The position numbers and the translations under genes are program-made. A stretch of DNA of 64,000 nt from Auanema rhodensis. Taxonomy: Eukaryota > Animalia > Nematoda. The notes beneath the pieces are model-generated. The model did not search any database. It was not told where the DNA came from and was given only the letters and a program-made list of their open reading frames with translations. Shown here in pieces: positions 1 through 16,286 of this stretch (position 1 is the stretch's first letter; every line of letters begins with the position of its first letter). The DNA is taken from the NCBI GenBank assembly GCA_964057225.1, contig OZ059895.1, positions 9,920,001 through 9,984,000 on the forward strand, given 5' to 3'.

Positions 1-3000
1 AAAAGTATAACGAGGATAAGTAGGTAAACCATTGAATATCAGATATTTTCGCTCACGACCATACCACGTTGAAAGTACGCCATACAGCTGATTTTCAATT
101 TTATCTCTTCCGTAACATATGTTTTCAATTTTCAAGCAGTTTTACTTAAATAGCTCAACCAAAGGAGAGCAAACTATCTTCAATCTTATTTCTATATTAC
201 AGTTATAAACCAGTAGTTGTTGAACCTTCATCTTAACTTCACTGTTTCTATCTATTTCCTATCAAAACAAACATTGTTTAAACACTATGCAACTATGAAA
301 CCTTTTTTAATTTATTGTATTTGGAGCTCATTAGAGTTGATATCATCGAGGGATCCAGATGGAAGGTGGAAAATTACATAACTAACATGAAATTGGAAAA
401 AAAACTATAACGGGGATAAGTAGGTAAACCATTGAAAATCAGATATTTTCGCTTACGACCATACCACGTTGAAAGTACGCCATACAGCTGATTTTCAATT
501 TTATCTCTTCCGTAACATATGTTTTCAAATTTCAAGCAGTTTTACTTAAATAGCTCAACCAAAGGAGAGCAAATTATCTTCAATCTTATTTCTATATTAC
601 AGTTATAAACCAGTAGTTGTTGAACCTTCATCTTAACTTTACTGTTTCTATCTATTTCCTATCAAAACAAACATTGTTTAAACACTATGCAACTATGAAA
701 CCTTTTTTAATTTATTGTATTTGGAGCTCATAAGAGTTGATATCATCGAGGGATCCAGATGGAAGGTGGAAAATTACATAACTAACATGAAATTGGAAAA
801 ATAACTATAACGGGGATAAGTATGTTAACGATTGAATATCAGATATTTTCGCTTATCGCTATATCACGTTGAAAGTATGCCATACAGCTGATTTTCAATT
901 TTATCTCTTCCGTAACATATGTTTTCAATTTTCAAGCAGTTTTACTTAAATAGCTCAACCAAAGGAAAGCAAATTATCTTCAATCTTATTTCTATATTAC
1001 AGTTATAAACCAGTAGTTGTTGAACCTTCATCTTAACTTTACTGTTTCTATCTATTTCCTATCAAAACAAACATTGTTTAAACACTATGCAACTATGAAA
1101 CCTTTTTTAATTTATTGTCTTTGGAGCTCATAAGAGTTGATATCATCGAGGGATCCAGATGGAAGGTGGAAAATTACATAACTAACATGAAATTGGAAAA
1201 ATAACTATAACGGGGATAAGTATGTTAACGATTGAATATCAGATATTTTCGCTTACGACCATACCACGTTGAAATTACGCCATACAGCTGATTTTCAATT
1301 TTATCTCTTCCGTAACATATGTTTTCAATTTTCAAGCACTTTTACTCAGATAGCTCAACCAAAGGAAAGCAAATTATCTTCAATTTTATTTCTATATTAC
1401 AGTTATAAACCAAAAGATAATGAACCTTCATCTTGACTTTAGTGTTTCTATCCATTTCCTATCGAAACAAACATTGTTTAAACACTATGCAACTATGAAA
1501 CATTTTTTAATTTATTATATTTGGAGCTCATAAGAATTGATATCATTGAGGGATCCAGATAAAACGTGGAAAATTATATAACTAACATGAAATTGGAAAA
1601 AAAACTATAACGGGGATAAGTATGTTAACGATTGAATATCAGATATTTTCGCTTATCGCTATATCACGTTGAAAGTATGCCATACAGCTGATTTTCAATT
1701 TTATCTCTTCCGTAACATATGTTTTCAATTTTCAAGCAGTTTTACTTAAATAGCTCAACCAAAGGAGAGCAAATTATCTTCAATCTTATTTCTATATTAC
1801 AGTTATAAACCAGTAGTTGTTGAACCTTCATCTTAACTTTACTGTTTCTATCTATTTCCTATCAAAACAAACATTGTTTAAACACTATGCAACTATGAAA
1901 CCTTTTTTAATTTATTGTATTTGGAGCTCATAAGAGTTGATATCATCGAGGGATCCAGATGGAAGGTGGAAAATTACATAACTAACATGAAATTGGAAAA
2001 AAAAGTATAACGAGGATAAGTAGGTAAACCATTGAATATCAGATATTTTCGCTCACGACCATACCACGTTGAAAGTACGCCATACAGCTGATTTTCAATT
2101 TTATCTCTTCCGTAACATATGTTTTCAATTTTCAAGCAGTTTCACTTAAATAGCTCAACCAAAGGAGAGCAAATTATCTTCAATCTTATTTCTATATTAC
2201 AGTTATAAACCAGTAGTTGTTGAACCTTCATCTTAACTTTACTGTTTCTATCTATTTCCTATCGAAACAAACATTGTTTAAACACTATGCAACTATGAAA
2301 CCTTTTTTAATTTATTGTATTTGGAGCTCATAAGAGTTGATATCATCGAGGGATCCAGATGGAAGGTGGAAAATTACATAACTAACATGAAATTGGAAAA
2401 ATAACTATAACGGGGATAAGTATGTTAACGATTGAATATCAGATATTTTCGCTTATCGCTATATCACGTTGAAAGTATGCCATACAGCTGATTTTCAATT
2501 TTATCTCTTCCGTAACATATGTTTTCAATTTTCAAGCAGTTTTACTTAAATAGCTCAACCAAAGGAAAGCAAATTATCTTCAATCTTATTTCTATATTAC
2601 AGTTATAAACCAGTAGTTGTTGAACCTTCATCTTAACTTTACTGTTTCTATCTATTTCCTATCAAAACAAACATTGTTTAAACACTATGCAACTATGAAA
2701 CCTTTTTTAATTTATTGTCTTTGGAGCTCATAAGAGTTGATATCATCGAGGGATCCAGATGGAAGGTGGAAAATTACATAACTAACATGAAATTGGAAAA
2801 ATAACTATAACGGGGATAAGTATGTTAACGATTGAATATCAGATATTTTCGCTTACGACCATACCACGTTGAAATTACGCCATACAGCTGATTTTCAATT
2901 TTATCTCTTCCGTAACATATGTTTTCAATTTTCAAGCACTTTTACTCAGATAGCTCAACCAAAGGAAAGCAAATTATCTTCAATTTTATTTCTATATTAC

Positions 3001-6000
3001 AGTTATAAACCAAAAGATAATGAACCTTCATCTTGACTTTAGTGTTTCTATCCATTTCCTATCGAAACAAACATTGTTTAAACACTATGCAACTATGAAA
3101 CATTTTTTAATTTATTATATTTGGAGCTCATAAGAATTGATATCATTGAGGGATCCAGATAAAACGTGGAAAATTATATAACTAACATGAAATTGGAAAA
3201 AAAACTATAACGGGGATAAGTATGTTAACGATTGAATATCAGATATTTTCGCTTATCGCTATATCACGTTGAAAGTATGCCATACAGCTGATTTTCAATT
3301 TTATCTCTTCCGTAACATATGTTTTCAATTTTCAAGCAGTTTTACTTAAATAGCTCAACCAAAGGAGAGCAAATTATCTTCAATCTTATTTCTATATTAC
3401 AGTTATAAACCAGTAGTTGTTGAACCTTCATCTTAACTTTACTGTTTCTATCTATTTCCTATCAAAACAAACATTGTTTAAACACTATGCAACTATGAAA
3501 CCTTTTTTAATTTATTGTATTTGGAGCTCATAAGAGTTGATATCATCGAGGGATCCAGATGGAAGGTGGAAAATTACATAACTAACATGAAATTGGAAAA
3601 AAAAGTATAACGAGGATAAGTAGGTAAACCATTGAATATCAGATATTTTCGCTCACGACCATACCACGTTGAAAGTACGCCATACAGCTGATTTTCAATT
3701 TTATCTCTTCCGTAACATATGTTTTCAATTTTCAAGCAGTTTCACTTAAATAGCTCAACCAAAGGAGAGCAAATTATCTTCAATCTTATTTCTATATTAC
3801 AGTTATAAACCAGTAGTTGTTGAACCTTCATCTTAACTTTACTGTTTCTATCTATTTCCTATCGAAACAAACATTGTTCAAACACTATGCAACTATGAAA
3901 CCTTTTTTAATTTATTGTATTTGGAGCTCATAAAATTTGATATCATTGAGGGATCCAGATGAAACGTGGAAAATTACATAACTAACATGAAATTGGAAAA
4001 AAAACTATAACGGGGATAAGTAGGTAAACCATTGAATATCAGATAATTTCGCTTACGACCATACCACGTTGAAAGTACGCCATACAGCTGATTTTCAATT
4101 TTATCTCTTTCGTAACATATGTTTTCAATTTTCAAGCACTTTTACTCAGATAGCTCAACCAAAGGAAAGCAAATTATCTTTAATTTTATTTCTATATTAC
4201 AGTTATAAACCAAAAGATAATGAACCTTCATCTTGACTTTACTGTTTCTATCCATTTCCTATCGAAACAAACATTGTTTAAACACTATGCAACTATGAAA
4301 CCTTTTTTAATTTATTGTATTTGGAGCTCATAAGATTTGATATCATTGAGGGATCCAGATGAAACGTGAAAAATTACATAACTAACATGAAATTGGAAAA
4401 AAAACTATAACGAGGATAAGTAGGTAAACCATTGAATATCAGATATTTTCGCTCACGACCATACCACGTTGAAAGTACGCCATACAGCTGATTTTCAATT
4501 TTATCTCTTCCGTAACATATGTTTTCAATTTTCAAGCAGTTTTACTTAAATAGCTCAACCAAAGGAGAGCAAATTATCTTCAATCTTATTTCTATATTAC
4601 AGTTATAAACCAGTAGTTGTTGAACCTTCATCTTAACTTCACTGTTTCTATCTATTTCCTATCAAAACAAACATTGTTTAAACACTATGCAACTATGAAA
4701 CCTTTTTTAATTTATTGTATTTGGAGCTCATTAGAGTTGATATCATCGAGGGATCCAGATGGAAGGTGGAAAATTACATAACTAACATGAAATTGGAAAA
4801 AAAACTATAACGGGGATAAGTAGGTAAACCATTGAAAATCAGATATTTTCGCTTACGACCATACCACGTTGAAAGTACGCCATACAGCTGATTTTCAATT
4901 TTATCTTTTCCGTAACAAATGTTTTCAATTTTCAAACAGTTTTACTTAGATAGCTCAACCAAGGGAAAGCAAATTATCTTCAATCTTATTTCTATATTAC
5001 AGTTATAAACCAAAAGATAATGAACCTTCATCTTGACTTTACTGTTTCTATCCATTTCCTATCGAAACAAACATTGTTTAAACACTATGCAACTATGAAA
5101 CCTTTTTTAATTTATTATATTTGGAGCTCATAAGAATTGATATCATTGAGGGATCCAGATGAAACGTGGAAAATTACATAACTAACATGAAATTGGAAAA
5201 AAAAACTATAACGGGGATAAGTATGTTAACGATTGAATATCAGATATTTTCGCTTATCGCTATATCACGTTGAAAGTATGCCATACAGCTGATTTTCAAT
5301 TTTATCTCTTCCGTAACATATGTTTTCAATTTTCAAGCAGTTTCACTTAAATAGCTCAACCAAAGGAGAGCAAATTATCTTCAATCTTATTTTTATATTA
5401 CAGTTATAAACCAGTAGTTGTTGAACCTTCATCTTAACTTTACTGTTTCTATCTATTTCCTATCAAAACAAACATTGTTTAAACACTATACAACTGTGAA
5501 ACCTTTTTTAATTTATTGTATTTGGAGCTCATAATATTTGATATCATCGAGGGATCCAGATGGAAGGTGGAAAATTACATAACTAACATGAAATTGGAAA
5601 AAAAAGTATAACAAGGAGAAGTATGTTAACGATTGAATATCAGATATTTTCGCTTACGACCATACCACGATGAAAGTACGCCATACAGCTGATTTTCAAT
5701 TTTATCTCTTCCGTAACATATGTTTTCAATTTTCAAGCACTTTTACTCAGATAGCTCAACCAAAGGAAAGCAAATTATCTTCAATTTTATTTCTATATTA
5801 CAGTTATAAACCAAAAGATAATGAACCTTCATCTTGACTTTACTGTTTCTATCCATTTCCTATCGAAACAAACATTGTTTAAACACTATGCAACTATGAA
5901 ACCTTTTTTAATTTATTATATTTGGAGCTCATAAGAATTGATATCATTGAGGGATCCAGATGAAACGTGGAAAATTACATAACTAACATGAAATTGGAAA

Positions 6001-9000
6001 AAAAACTATAACGGGGATAAGTATGTTAACGATTGAATATCAGATATTTTCGCTTATCGCTATATCACGTTGAAAGTATGCCATACAGCTGATTTTCAAT
6101 TTTATCTCTTCCGTAACATATGTTTTCAATTTTCAAGCAGTTTCACTTAAATAGCTCAACCAAAGGAGAGCAAATTATCTTCAATCTTATTTCTATATTA
6201 CAGTTATAAACCAGTAGTTGTTGAACCTTCATCTTAACTTTACTGTTTCTATCTATTTCCTATCGAAACAAACATTGTTCAAACACTATGCAACTATGAA
6301 ACCTTTTTTAATTTATTGTATTTGGAGCTCATAAAATTTGATATCATTCAGGGATCCAGATGAAACGTGGAAAATAACATAACTAACATGAAATTGGAAA
6401 AAAAAGTATAACGAGGATAAGTAGGTAAACCATTGAATATCAGATATTTTCGCTTACGACCATACCACGTTGAAAGTACGCCATACAGCTGATTTTCAAT
6501 TTTATCTCTTCGGTAACATATGTTTTCAATTTTCAAGCAGTTTTACTTAAATAGCTCAACCAAAGGAGAGCAAATTATCTTCAATCTTATTTCTATATTA
6601 CAGTTATAAACCAGTAGTTGTTGAACCTTCATCTTAACTTTACTGTTTCTATCTATTTCCTATCAAAACAAACATTGTTTAAACACTATGCAACTATGAA
6701 ACCTTTTTTAATTTATTGTATTTGGAGCTCATAAGAGTTGATATCATCGAGGGATCCAGATGAAAGGTGGAAAATTACATAACTAACATGAAATTGGAAA
6801 AAAAACTATAACGGGGATAAGTAGGTAAACCATTGAATATCAGATAATTTCGCTTACGACCATACCACGTTGAAAGTACGCCATACAGCTGATTTTCAAT
6901 TTTATCTCTTCCGTAACATATGTTTTCAATTTTCAAGCACTTTTACTCAGATAGCTCAACCAAAGGAAAGCAAATTATCTTTAATTTTATTTCTATATTA
7001 CAGTTATAAACCAAAAGATAATGAACCTTCATCTTGACTTTACTGTTTCTATCCATTTCCTATCGAAACAAACATTGTTTAAACACTATGCAACTATGAA
7101 ACCTTTTTTAATTTATTGTATTTGGAGCTCATAAGATTTGATATCATTGAGGGATCCAGATGAAACGTGAAAAATTACATAACTAACATGAAATTGGAAA
7201 AAAAACTATAACGAGGATAAGTAGGTAAACCATTGAATATCAGATATTTTCGCTTACGACCATACCACGTTACAAGTACGCCATACAGCTGATTTTCAAT
7301 TTTATCTCTTCTGTAACAAATGTTTTCAATTTTCAAGCACTTTTACTCAGATAGCTCAACCAAAGGAAAGCAAATTATCTTCAATTTTATTTCTATATTA
7401 CAGTTATAAACCAAAAGATAATGAACCTTCATCTTGACTTTACTGTTTCTATCCATTTCCTATCGAAACAAACATTGTTTAAACACTATGCAACTATGAA
7501 ACCTTTTTTAATTTATTATATTTGGAGCTCATAAGAATTGATATCATTGAGGGATCCAGATGAAACGTGGAAAATTACATAACTAACATGAAATTGGAAA
7601 AAAAACTATAACGGGGATAAGTATGTTAACGATTGAATATCAGATATTTTCGCTTATCGCTATATCACGTTGAAAGTATGCCATACAGCTGATTTTCAAT
7701 TTTATCTCTTCCGTAACATATGTTTTCAATTTTCAAGCAGTTTCACTTAAATAGCTCAACCAAAGGAGAGCAAATTATCTTCAATCTTATTTCTATATTA
7801 CAGTTATAAACCAGTAGTTGTTGAACCTTCATCTTAACTTTACTGTTTCTATCTATTTCCTATCGAAACAAACGTTGTTCAAACACTATGCAACTATGAA
7901 ACCTTTTTTAATTTATTGTATTTGGAGCTCATAAAATTCGATATCATTGAGGGATCCAGATGAAACGTGGAAAATAACATAACTAACATGAAATTGGAAA
8001 AAAAAGTATAACGAGGATAAGTAGGTAAACCATTGAATATCAGATATTTTCGCTTACGACCATACCACGTTGAAAGTACGCCATACAGCTGATTTTCAAT
8101 TTTATCTCTTCCGTAACATATGTTTTCAATTTTCAAGCAGTTTTACTTAAATAGCTCAACCAAAGGAGAGCAAATTATCTTCAATCTTATTTCTATATTA
8201 CAGTTATAAACCAGTAGTTGTTGAACCTTCATCTTAACTTCACTGTTTCTATCTATTTCCTATCAAAACAAACATTGTTTAAACACTATGCAACTATGAA
8301 ACCTTTTTTAATTTATTGTATTTGGAGCTCATAAGAGTTGATATCATCGAGGGATCCAGATGAAAGGTGGAAAATTACATAACTAACATGAAATTGGAAA
8401 AAAAACTATAACGGGGATAAGTAGGTAAACCATTGAATATCAGATAATTTCGCTTACCACCATACCACGTTGAAAGTACGCCATACAGCTGATTTTCAAT
8501 TTTATCTCTTCCGTAACATATGTTTTCAATTTTCAAGCACTTTTACTCAGATAGCTCAACCAAAGGAAAGCAAATTATCTTTAATTTTATTTCTATATTA
8601 CAGTTATAAACCAAAAGATAATGAACCTTCATCTTGACTTTACTGTTTCTATCCATTTCCTATCGAAACAAACATTGTTTAAACACTATGCAACTATGAA
8701 ACCTTCTTTAATTTATTGTATTTGGAGCTCATAAGATTTGATATCATTGAGGGATCCAGATGAAACGTGAAAAATTACATAACTAACATGAAATTGGAAA
8801 AAAAACTATAACGAGGATAAGTAGGTAAACCATTGAATATCAGATATTTTCGCTTACGACCATACCACGTTACAAGTACGCCATACAGCTGATTTTCAAT
8901 TTTATCTCTTCTGTAACAAATGTTTTCAATTTTCAAGCACTTTTACTTAGATAGCTCAACCAAAGGAAAGCAAATTATCTTCAATTTTATTTCTATATTA

Positions 9001-12000
9001 CAGTTATAAACCAGTAGATAATGAACCTTCATCTTGACTTTACTGTTTCTATCCATTTCCTATCGAAACAAACATTGTTTAAACACTATACAACTGTGAA
9101 ACCTTTTTTAATTTATTATATTCGGAGCTCATAAAATTTGATATCATCGAGGGATCCAGATGGAACGTGGAAAATTACATAACTAACATGAAATTGGAAA
9201 AAAAAATATAACGAGGATAAGTAGGTAAACCATTGAATATCAGATATTTTCGCTTACGACCATACCACGTTGAAAGTACGCCATGCAACTGATTTTCAAT
9301 TTTATCTTTTCCGTAACAAATGTTTTCAATTTTCAAACAGTTTTACTTAGATAGCTCAACCAAGGGAAAGCAAATTATCTTCAATTTTATTTCTATATTA
9401 CAGTTATAAACCAGTAGGTAATGAACCTTCATCTTGACTTTACTGTTTCTATCCATTTCCTATCAAAACAAACATTGTTTAAACACTATACAACTGTGAA
9501 ACCTTTTTTAATTTATTGTATTTGCATCTCATAAGATTTGATATCATCGAGGGATCCAGATGGAAGGTGGAAAATTACATAACTAACATGAAATTGGAAA
9601 AAAAACTATAACGGGGATAAGTATGTTAACGATTGAATATCAGATATTTTCGCTTACGACCATACCACGTTAAAAGTACGCCATACAGCTGATTTTCAAT
9701 TTTATCTCTTCCGTAACAAATCTTTTCAATTTTCAAGCACTTTTACTTAGATAGCTCAACCAAAGGAAAGCAAATTATCTTCAATTTTATTTCTATATTA
9801 CAGTTATAAACCAGTAGGTAATGAAACCTTCATCTTGAATTTACTGTTTCTATCTATTTCCTATCGAAACAAACATTGTTCAAACACTATGCAACTATGA
9901 AACCTTTTTTAATTTATTGTATTTGGAGCTCATAAAATATGATATCATTAAGGAATCCAGATGAAACGTGGAAAATTACATAACTAACATGAAATTGGAA
10001 AAAAAACTATAACGAGGATAAGTAGGTAAACCATTGAATATTAGATATTTTCGCTTACGACCATACCACGTTACAAGTACGCCGTACAGCTGATTTTCAA
10101 TTTTATCTCTTCCGTAACAAATGTTTTCAATTTTCAAGCACTTTTACTTAGATAGCTCAACCAAAGGAAAGCAAATTATCTTCAATTTTATTTCTATATT
10201 ACAGTTATAAACCAGTAGATAATGAACCTTCATCTTGACTATACTGTTTCTATCCATTTCCTATCGAAACAAACATTGTTTAAACACTATACAACTGTGA
10301 AACCTTTTTTAATTTATTGTATTTGGAGCTCATAATATTTGATATCATTGAGGGATCCAGATGAAACGTGGAAAATTACATAACCAACATGAAATTGGAA
10401 AAAAAACTATAACGAGGATAAGTAGGTAAACCATTGAATATCAGATATTTTCGCTTACGACCATACCACGCTACAAGTACGCCATACAGCTGATTTTCAA
10501 TTTTATCTCTTCTGTAACAAATGTTTTCAATTTTCAAGCACTTTTACTTAGATAGCTCAACCAAAGGAAAGCAAATTATCTTCAATTTTATTTCTATATT
10601 ACAGTTATAAACCAGTAGATAATGAACCTTCATCTTGACTTTACTGTTTCTATCCATTTCCTATCGAAACAAACATTGTTTAAACACTATACAACTGTGA
10701 AACCTTTTTTAATTTATTATATTTGGAGCTCATAAAATTTGATATCATCGAGGGATCCAGATGGAACGTGGAAAATTACATAACTAACATGAAATTGGAA
10801 AAAAAAATATAACGAGGATAAGTAGGTAAACCATTGAATATCAGATATTTTCGCTTACGACCATACCACGTTGAAAGTACGCCATGCAACTGATTTTCAA
10901 TTTTATCTTTTCCGTAACAAATGTTTTCAATTTTCAAACAGTTTTACTTAGATAGCTCAACCAAGGGAAAGCAAATTATCTTCAATTTTATTTCTATATT
11001 ACAGTTATAAACCAGTAGGTTATGAACCTTCATCTTGACTTTACTGTTTCTATCCATTTCCTATCAAAACAAACATTGTTTAAACACTATACAACTGTGA
11101 AACCTTTTTTAATTTATTGTATTTGCATCTCATAAGATTTGATATCATCGAGGGATCCAGATGGAAGGTGGAAAATTACATAACTAACATGAAATTGGAA
11201 TAAAAACTATAACGGGGATAAGTATGTTAACGATTGAATATCAGATATTTTCGCTTACGACCATACCACGTTAAAAGTACGCCATACAGCTGATTTTCAA
11301 TTTTATCTCTTCCGTAACAAATCTTTTCAATTTTCAAGCAGTTTTACTTAGATAGCTCAACCAAAGGAAAGCAAATTATCTTCAATTTTATTTCTATATT
11401 ACAGTTATAAACCAGTAGGTAATGAAACCTTCATCTTGAATTTACTGTTTCTATCTATTTCCTATCGAAACAAACATTGTTCAAACACTATGCAACTATG
11501 AAACCTTTTTTAATTTATTGTATTTGGAGCTCATAAAATTTGATATCATTGAGGAATCCAGATGAAACGTGGAAAATTACATAACTAACATGAAATTGGA
11601 AAAAAAACTATAACGAGGATAAGTAGGTAAACCATTGAATATCAGATATTTTCGCTTACGACCATACCACGTTACAAGTACGCCGTACAGCTGATTTTCA
11701 ATTTTATCTCTTCCGTAACAAATGTTTTCAATTTTCAAGCACTTTTACTTAGATAGCTCAACCAAAGGAAAGCAAATTATCTTCAATTTTATTTCTATAT
11801 TACAGTTATAAACCAGTAGATAATGAACCTTCATCTTGACTATACTGTTTCTATCCATTTCCTATCGAAACAAACATTGTTTAAACACTATACAACTGTG
11901 AAACCTTTTTTAATTTATTGTATTTGGAGCTCATAATATTTGATATCATCGAGGGATCCAGATGGAAGGTGGAAAATTACATAACTAACATGAAATTGGA

Positions 12001-15000
12001 AAAAAAAGTATAACAAGGAGAAGTAGGTTAACGATTGAATATCAGATATTTTCGCTTACGACCATACCACGTTGAAATTACGCCATACAGCTGATTTTCA
12101 ATTTTATCTCTTCCGTAACATATGTTTTCAATTTTCAAGCAGTTTTACTTAAATAGCTCAACCAAAGGAGAGCAAATTATCTTCAATCTTATTTCTATAT
12201 TACAGTTATAAACCAGTAGTTGTTCAACCTTCATCTTGACTTTACTGTTTCTATCCATTTCCTATCGAAACAAACATTGTTTAAACACTATACAACTGTG
12301 AAACCTTTTTTAATTTATTGTATTTGGAGCTCATAATATTTGATATCATCGAGGGATCCAGATGGAAGGTGGAAAATTACATAACTAACATGAAATTGGA
12401 AAAAAAAGTATAACAAGGAGAAGTAGGTTAACGATTGAATATCAGATATTTTCGCTTACGACCATACCACGTTGAAAGTACGCTATACAGCTGATTTTCA
12501 ATTTTATCTCTTCCGTAACATATGTTTTCAATTTTCAAGCACTTTTACTCAGATAGCTCAACCAAAGGAAAGCAAATTATCTTCAATTTTATTTCTATAT
12601 TACAGTTATAAACCAAAAGATAATGAACCTTCATCTTGACTTTACTGTTTCTATCCATTTCCTATCGAAACAAACATTGTTTAAACACTATGCAACTATG
12701 AAACCTTTTTTAATTTATTGTATTTGGAGCTCATAATATTTGATATCATCGAGGGATCCAGATGGAAGGTGAAAAATTACATAACTAACATGAAATTGGA
12801 AAAAAAAGTATAACAAGGAGAAGTATGTTAACGATTGAATATCAGATATTTTCGCTTACGACCATACCACGTTGAAAGTACGCTATACAGCTGATTTTCA
12901 ATTTTATCTCTTCCGTAACATATGTTTTCAATTTTCAAGCACTTTTACTCAGATAGCTCAACCAAAGGAAAGCAAATTATCTTCAATTTTATTTCTATAT
13001 TACAGTTATAAACCAAAAGATAATGAACCTTCATCTTGACTTTACTGTTTCTATCCATTTCCTATCGAAACAAACATTGTTTAAACACTATGCAACTATG
13101 AAACCTTTTTTAATTATTGTATTTGGAGCTCATAAGAATTGATATCATTGAGGGATCCAGATGAAACGTGGAAAATTACATAACTAACATGAAATTGGAA
13201 AAAAAACTATAACGGGGATAAGTATGTTAACGATTGAATATCAGATATTTTCGCTTATCGCTATATCACGTTGAAAGTATGCCATACAGCTGATTTTCAA
13301 TTTTATCTCTTCCGTAACATATGTTTTCAATTTTCAAGCAGTTTCACTTAAATAGCTCAACCAAAGGAGAGCAAATTATCTTCAATCTTATTTCTATATT
13401 ACAGTTATAAACCAGTAGTTGTTGAACCTTCATCTCAACTTTACTGTTTCTATCTATTTCTTATCGAAACAAACATTGTTCAAACACTATGCAACTATGA
13501 AACCTTTTTTAATTTATTGTATTTGGAGCTCATAAAATTTGATATCATTGAGGGATCCAGATGAAACGTGGAAAATAACATAACTAACAAGAAATTGGAA
13601 AAAAAAGTATAACGAGGATAAGTAGGTAAACCATTGAATATCAGATATTTTCGCTTACGACCATACCACGTTGAAAGTACGCCATACAGCTGATTTTCAA
13701 TTTTATCTCTTCCGTAACATATGTTTTCAATTTTCAAGCAGTTTTACTTAAATAGCTCAACCAAAGGAGAGCAAATTATCTTCAATCTTATTCCTATATT
13801 ACAGTTATAAACCAGTAGTTGTTGAATCTTCATCTTAACTTTACTGTTTCTATCTATTTCCTATCAAAACAAACATTGTTTAAACACTATGCAACTATGA
13901 AACCTTTTTTAATTTATTGTATTTGGAGCTCATAAAATTTGATATCATCGAGGGATCCAGATGGAAGGTGGAAAATTACATAACTAACATGAAATTGGAA
14001 AAATAACTATAACGGGGATAAGTATGTTAACGATTGAATATCAGATATTTTCGCTTATCGCTATATCACGTTGAAAGTATGCCATACAGCTGATTTTCAA
14101 TTTTATCTCTTCCGTAACATATGTTTTCAATTTTCAAGCAGTTTCACTTAAATAGCTCAACCAAAGGAGAGCAAATTATCTTCAATCTTATTTCTATATT
14201 ACAGTTATAAACCAGTAGTTGTTGAACCTTCATCTTAACTTTACTGTTTCTATCTATTTCCTATCGAAACAAACATTGTTCAAACACTATGCAACTATGA
14301 AACCTTTTTTAATTTATTGTATTTGGAGCTCATAAAATTTGATATCATTGAGGGATCCAGATGAAACGTGGAAAATAACATAACTAACATGAAATTGGAA
14401 AAAAAAGTATAACGAGGATAAGTAGGTAAACCATTGAATATCAGATATTTTCGCTTACGACCATACCACGTTGAAAGTACGCCATACAGCTGATTTTCAA
14501 TTTTATCTCTTCCGTAACATATGTTTTCAATTTTCAAGCAGTTTTACTTAAATAGCTCAACCAAAGGAGAGCAAATTATCTTCAATCTTATTTCTATATT
14601 ACAGTTATAAACCAGTAGTTGTTGAATCTTCATCTTAACTTTACTGTTTCTATCTATTTCCTATCAAAACAAACATTGTTTAAACACTATGCAACTATGA
14701 AACCTTTTTTAATTTATTGTATTTGGAGCTCATAAGAGTTGATATCATCGAGGGATCCAGATGGAAGGTGGAAAATTACATAACTAACATGAAATTGGAA
14801 AAAAAACTATAACGGGGATAAGTAGGTAAACCATTGAATATCAGATATTTTCGCTTACGACCATACCACGTTGAAAGTACGCCATACAGCTGATTTTCAA
14901 TTTTATCTCTTCCGTAACATATGTTTTCAATTTTCAAGCACTTTTACTCAGATAGCTCAACCAAAGGAAAGCAAATTATCTTCAATTTTATTTCTATATT

Positions 15001-16018
15001 ACAGTTATAAACCAAAAGATAATGAACCTTCATCTTGACTTTACTGTTTCTATCCATTTCCTATCGAAACAAACATTGTTTAAACACTATGCAACTATGA
15101 AACCTTTTTTAATTTATTGTATTTGAAGCTCATAAGATTTGATATCATTGAGGGATCCAGATGAAACGTGAAAAATTACATAACTAACATGAAATTGGAA
15201 AAAAAACTATAACGAGGATAAGTAGGTAAACCATTGAATATCAGATATTTTCGCTTACGACCATACCACGTTACAAGTACGCCATACAGCTGATTTTCAA
15301 TTTTATCTCTTCCGTAACATATGTTTTCAATTTTCAAGCACTTTTACTCAGATAGCTCAACCAAAGGAAAGCAAATTATCTTCAATTTTATTTCTATATT
15401 ACAGTTATAAATCAGTAGATAATGAACCTTCATCTTGACTTTACTGTTTCTATCCATTTCCTATCAAAACAAACATTGTTTAAACACTATACAACTGTGA
15501 AACCTTTTTTAATTTATTGTATTTGGAGCTCATAAAATTTGATATCATCGAGGGATCCAGATGGAACGTGGAAAATTACATAACTAACATGAAATTGGAA
15601 AAAAAACTATAACGAGGATAAGTAGGTAAACCATTGAATATCAGATATTTTCGCTTACGACCATACCACGTTGAAAGTACGCCATGCAACTGACTTTCAA
15701 TTTTATCTTTTCCGTAACAAATGTTTTCAATTTTCAAACAGTTTTACTTAGATAGCTCAACCAAGGGAAAGCAAATTATCTTCAATTTTATTTCTATATT
15801 ACAGTTATAAACCAGTAGGTAATGAACCTTCATCTTGACTTTACTGTTTCTATCCATTTCCTATCGAAACAAACATTGTTTAAACACTATACAATTGTGA
15901 AACCTTTTTTAATTTATTGTATTTGCATCTCATAAGATTTGATATCATCGAGGGATCCAGATGGAACGTGGAAAATTACATAACTAACATGAAATTGGAA
16001 AAAAAACTATAACGGGGA
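1..16018 (+). repeat. 400-bp tandem satellite, left array (~40 monomers), each containing 5S rRNA nt 1-33
   Basis: The GC(T/C)TACGACCATACCACGTTGAAAGTACGCCAT-type block recurs every 400 bp (51, 451, 851, 1251...). It matches the 5' end of the 5S gene at 18727-18844. The array is open at the window start. Confidence 0.98.
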
Positions 16019-16247
16019 GATTGCCACCAATGAAGAAAGAATGAAGCAGAAATACGATCAAGCACATAGGACAAAAGAAAGAATATTAGATATAGGAGAT
16101 CGAGTATTTGTACAAAGAGGGAACCCAAGCAACAAATTACAAATACGAAGAGATGGACCTTACCGGATAGTGATCATTTTCCATCAGACGATAATCTTAT
16201 ATCAACAAAAAATAATGAAGAAGAGGAAGAAGAAGACCAAGACATAG
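16019..16247 (+). pseudogene. Ty3/Gypsy integrase C-terminal fragment (GPY/F module)
   Basis: EIATNEERMKQKYD...IGDRVFVQRGNPSNKLQIRRDGPYRIV has the typical MKxxYD, GDxV and KLxxRxxGPYxI motifs. It is 5'-truncated by the satellite. Confidence 0.85.
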
Positions 16248-16253
16248 CGAACA

Positions 16254-16286
<33 letters not shown>

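Noticed and set aside
20-40. AGGTAAACCATTGAA in the monomer resembles the SL1 RNA splice-donor region (5S and SL1 are linked in many nematodes)
   Set aside because: The 22-nt leader GGTTTAATTACCCAAGTTTGAG is absent and there is no correctly placed Sm site. The short AT-rich match could be chance.
260-360. Cluster of palindromes in the monomer (GTTTAAAC, GAGCTC, GATATC, GGATCC)
   Set aside because: I cannot show enrichment over chance by eye. They are useful only as restriction markers.
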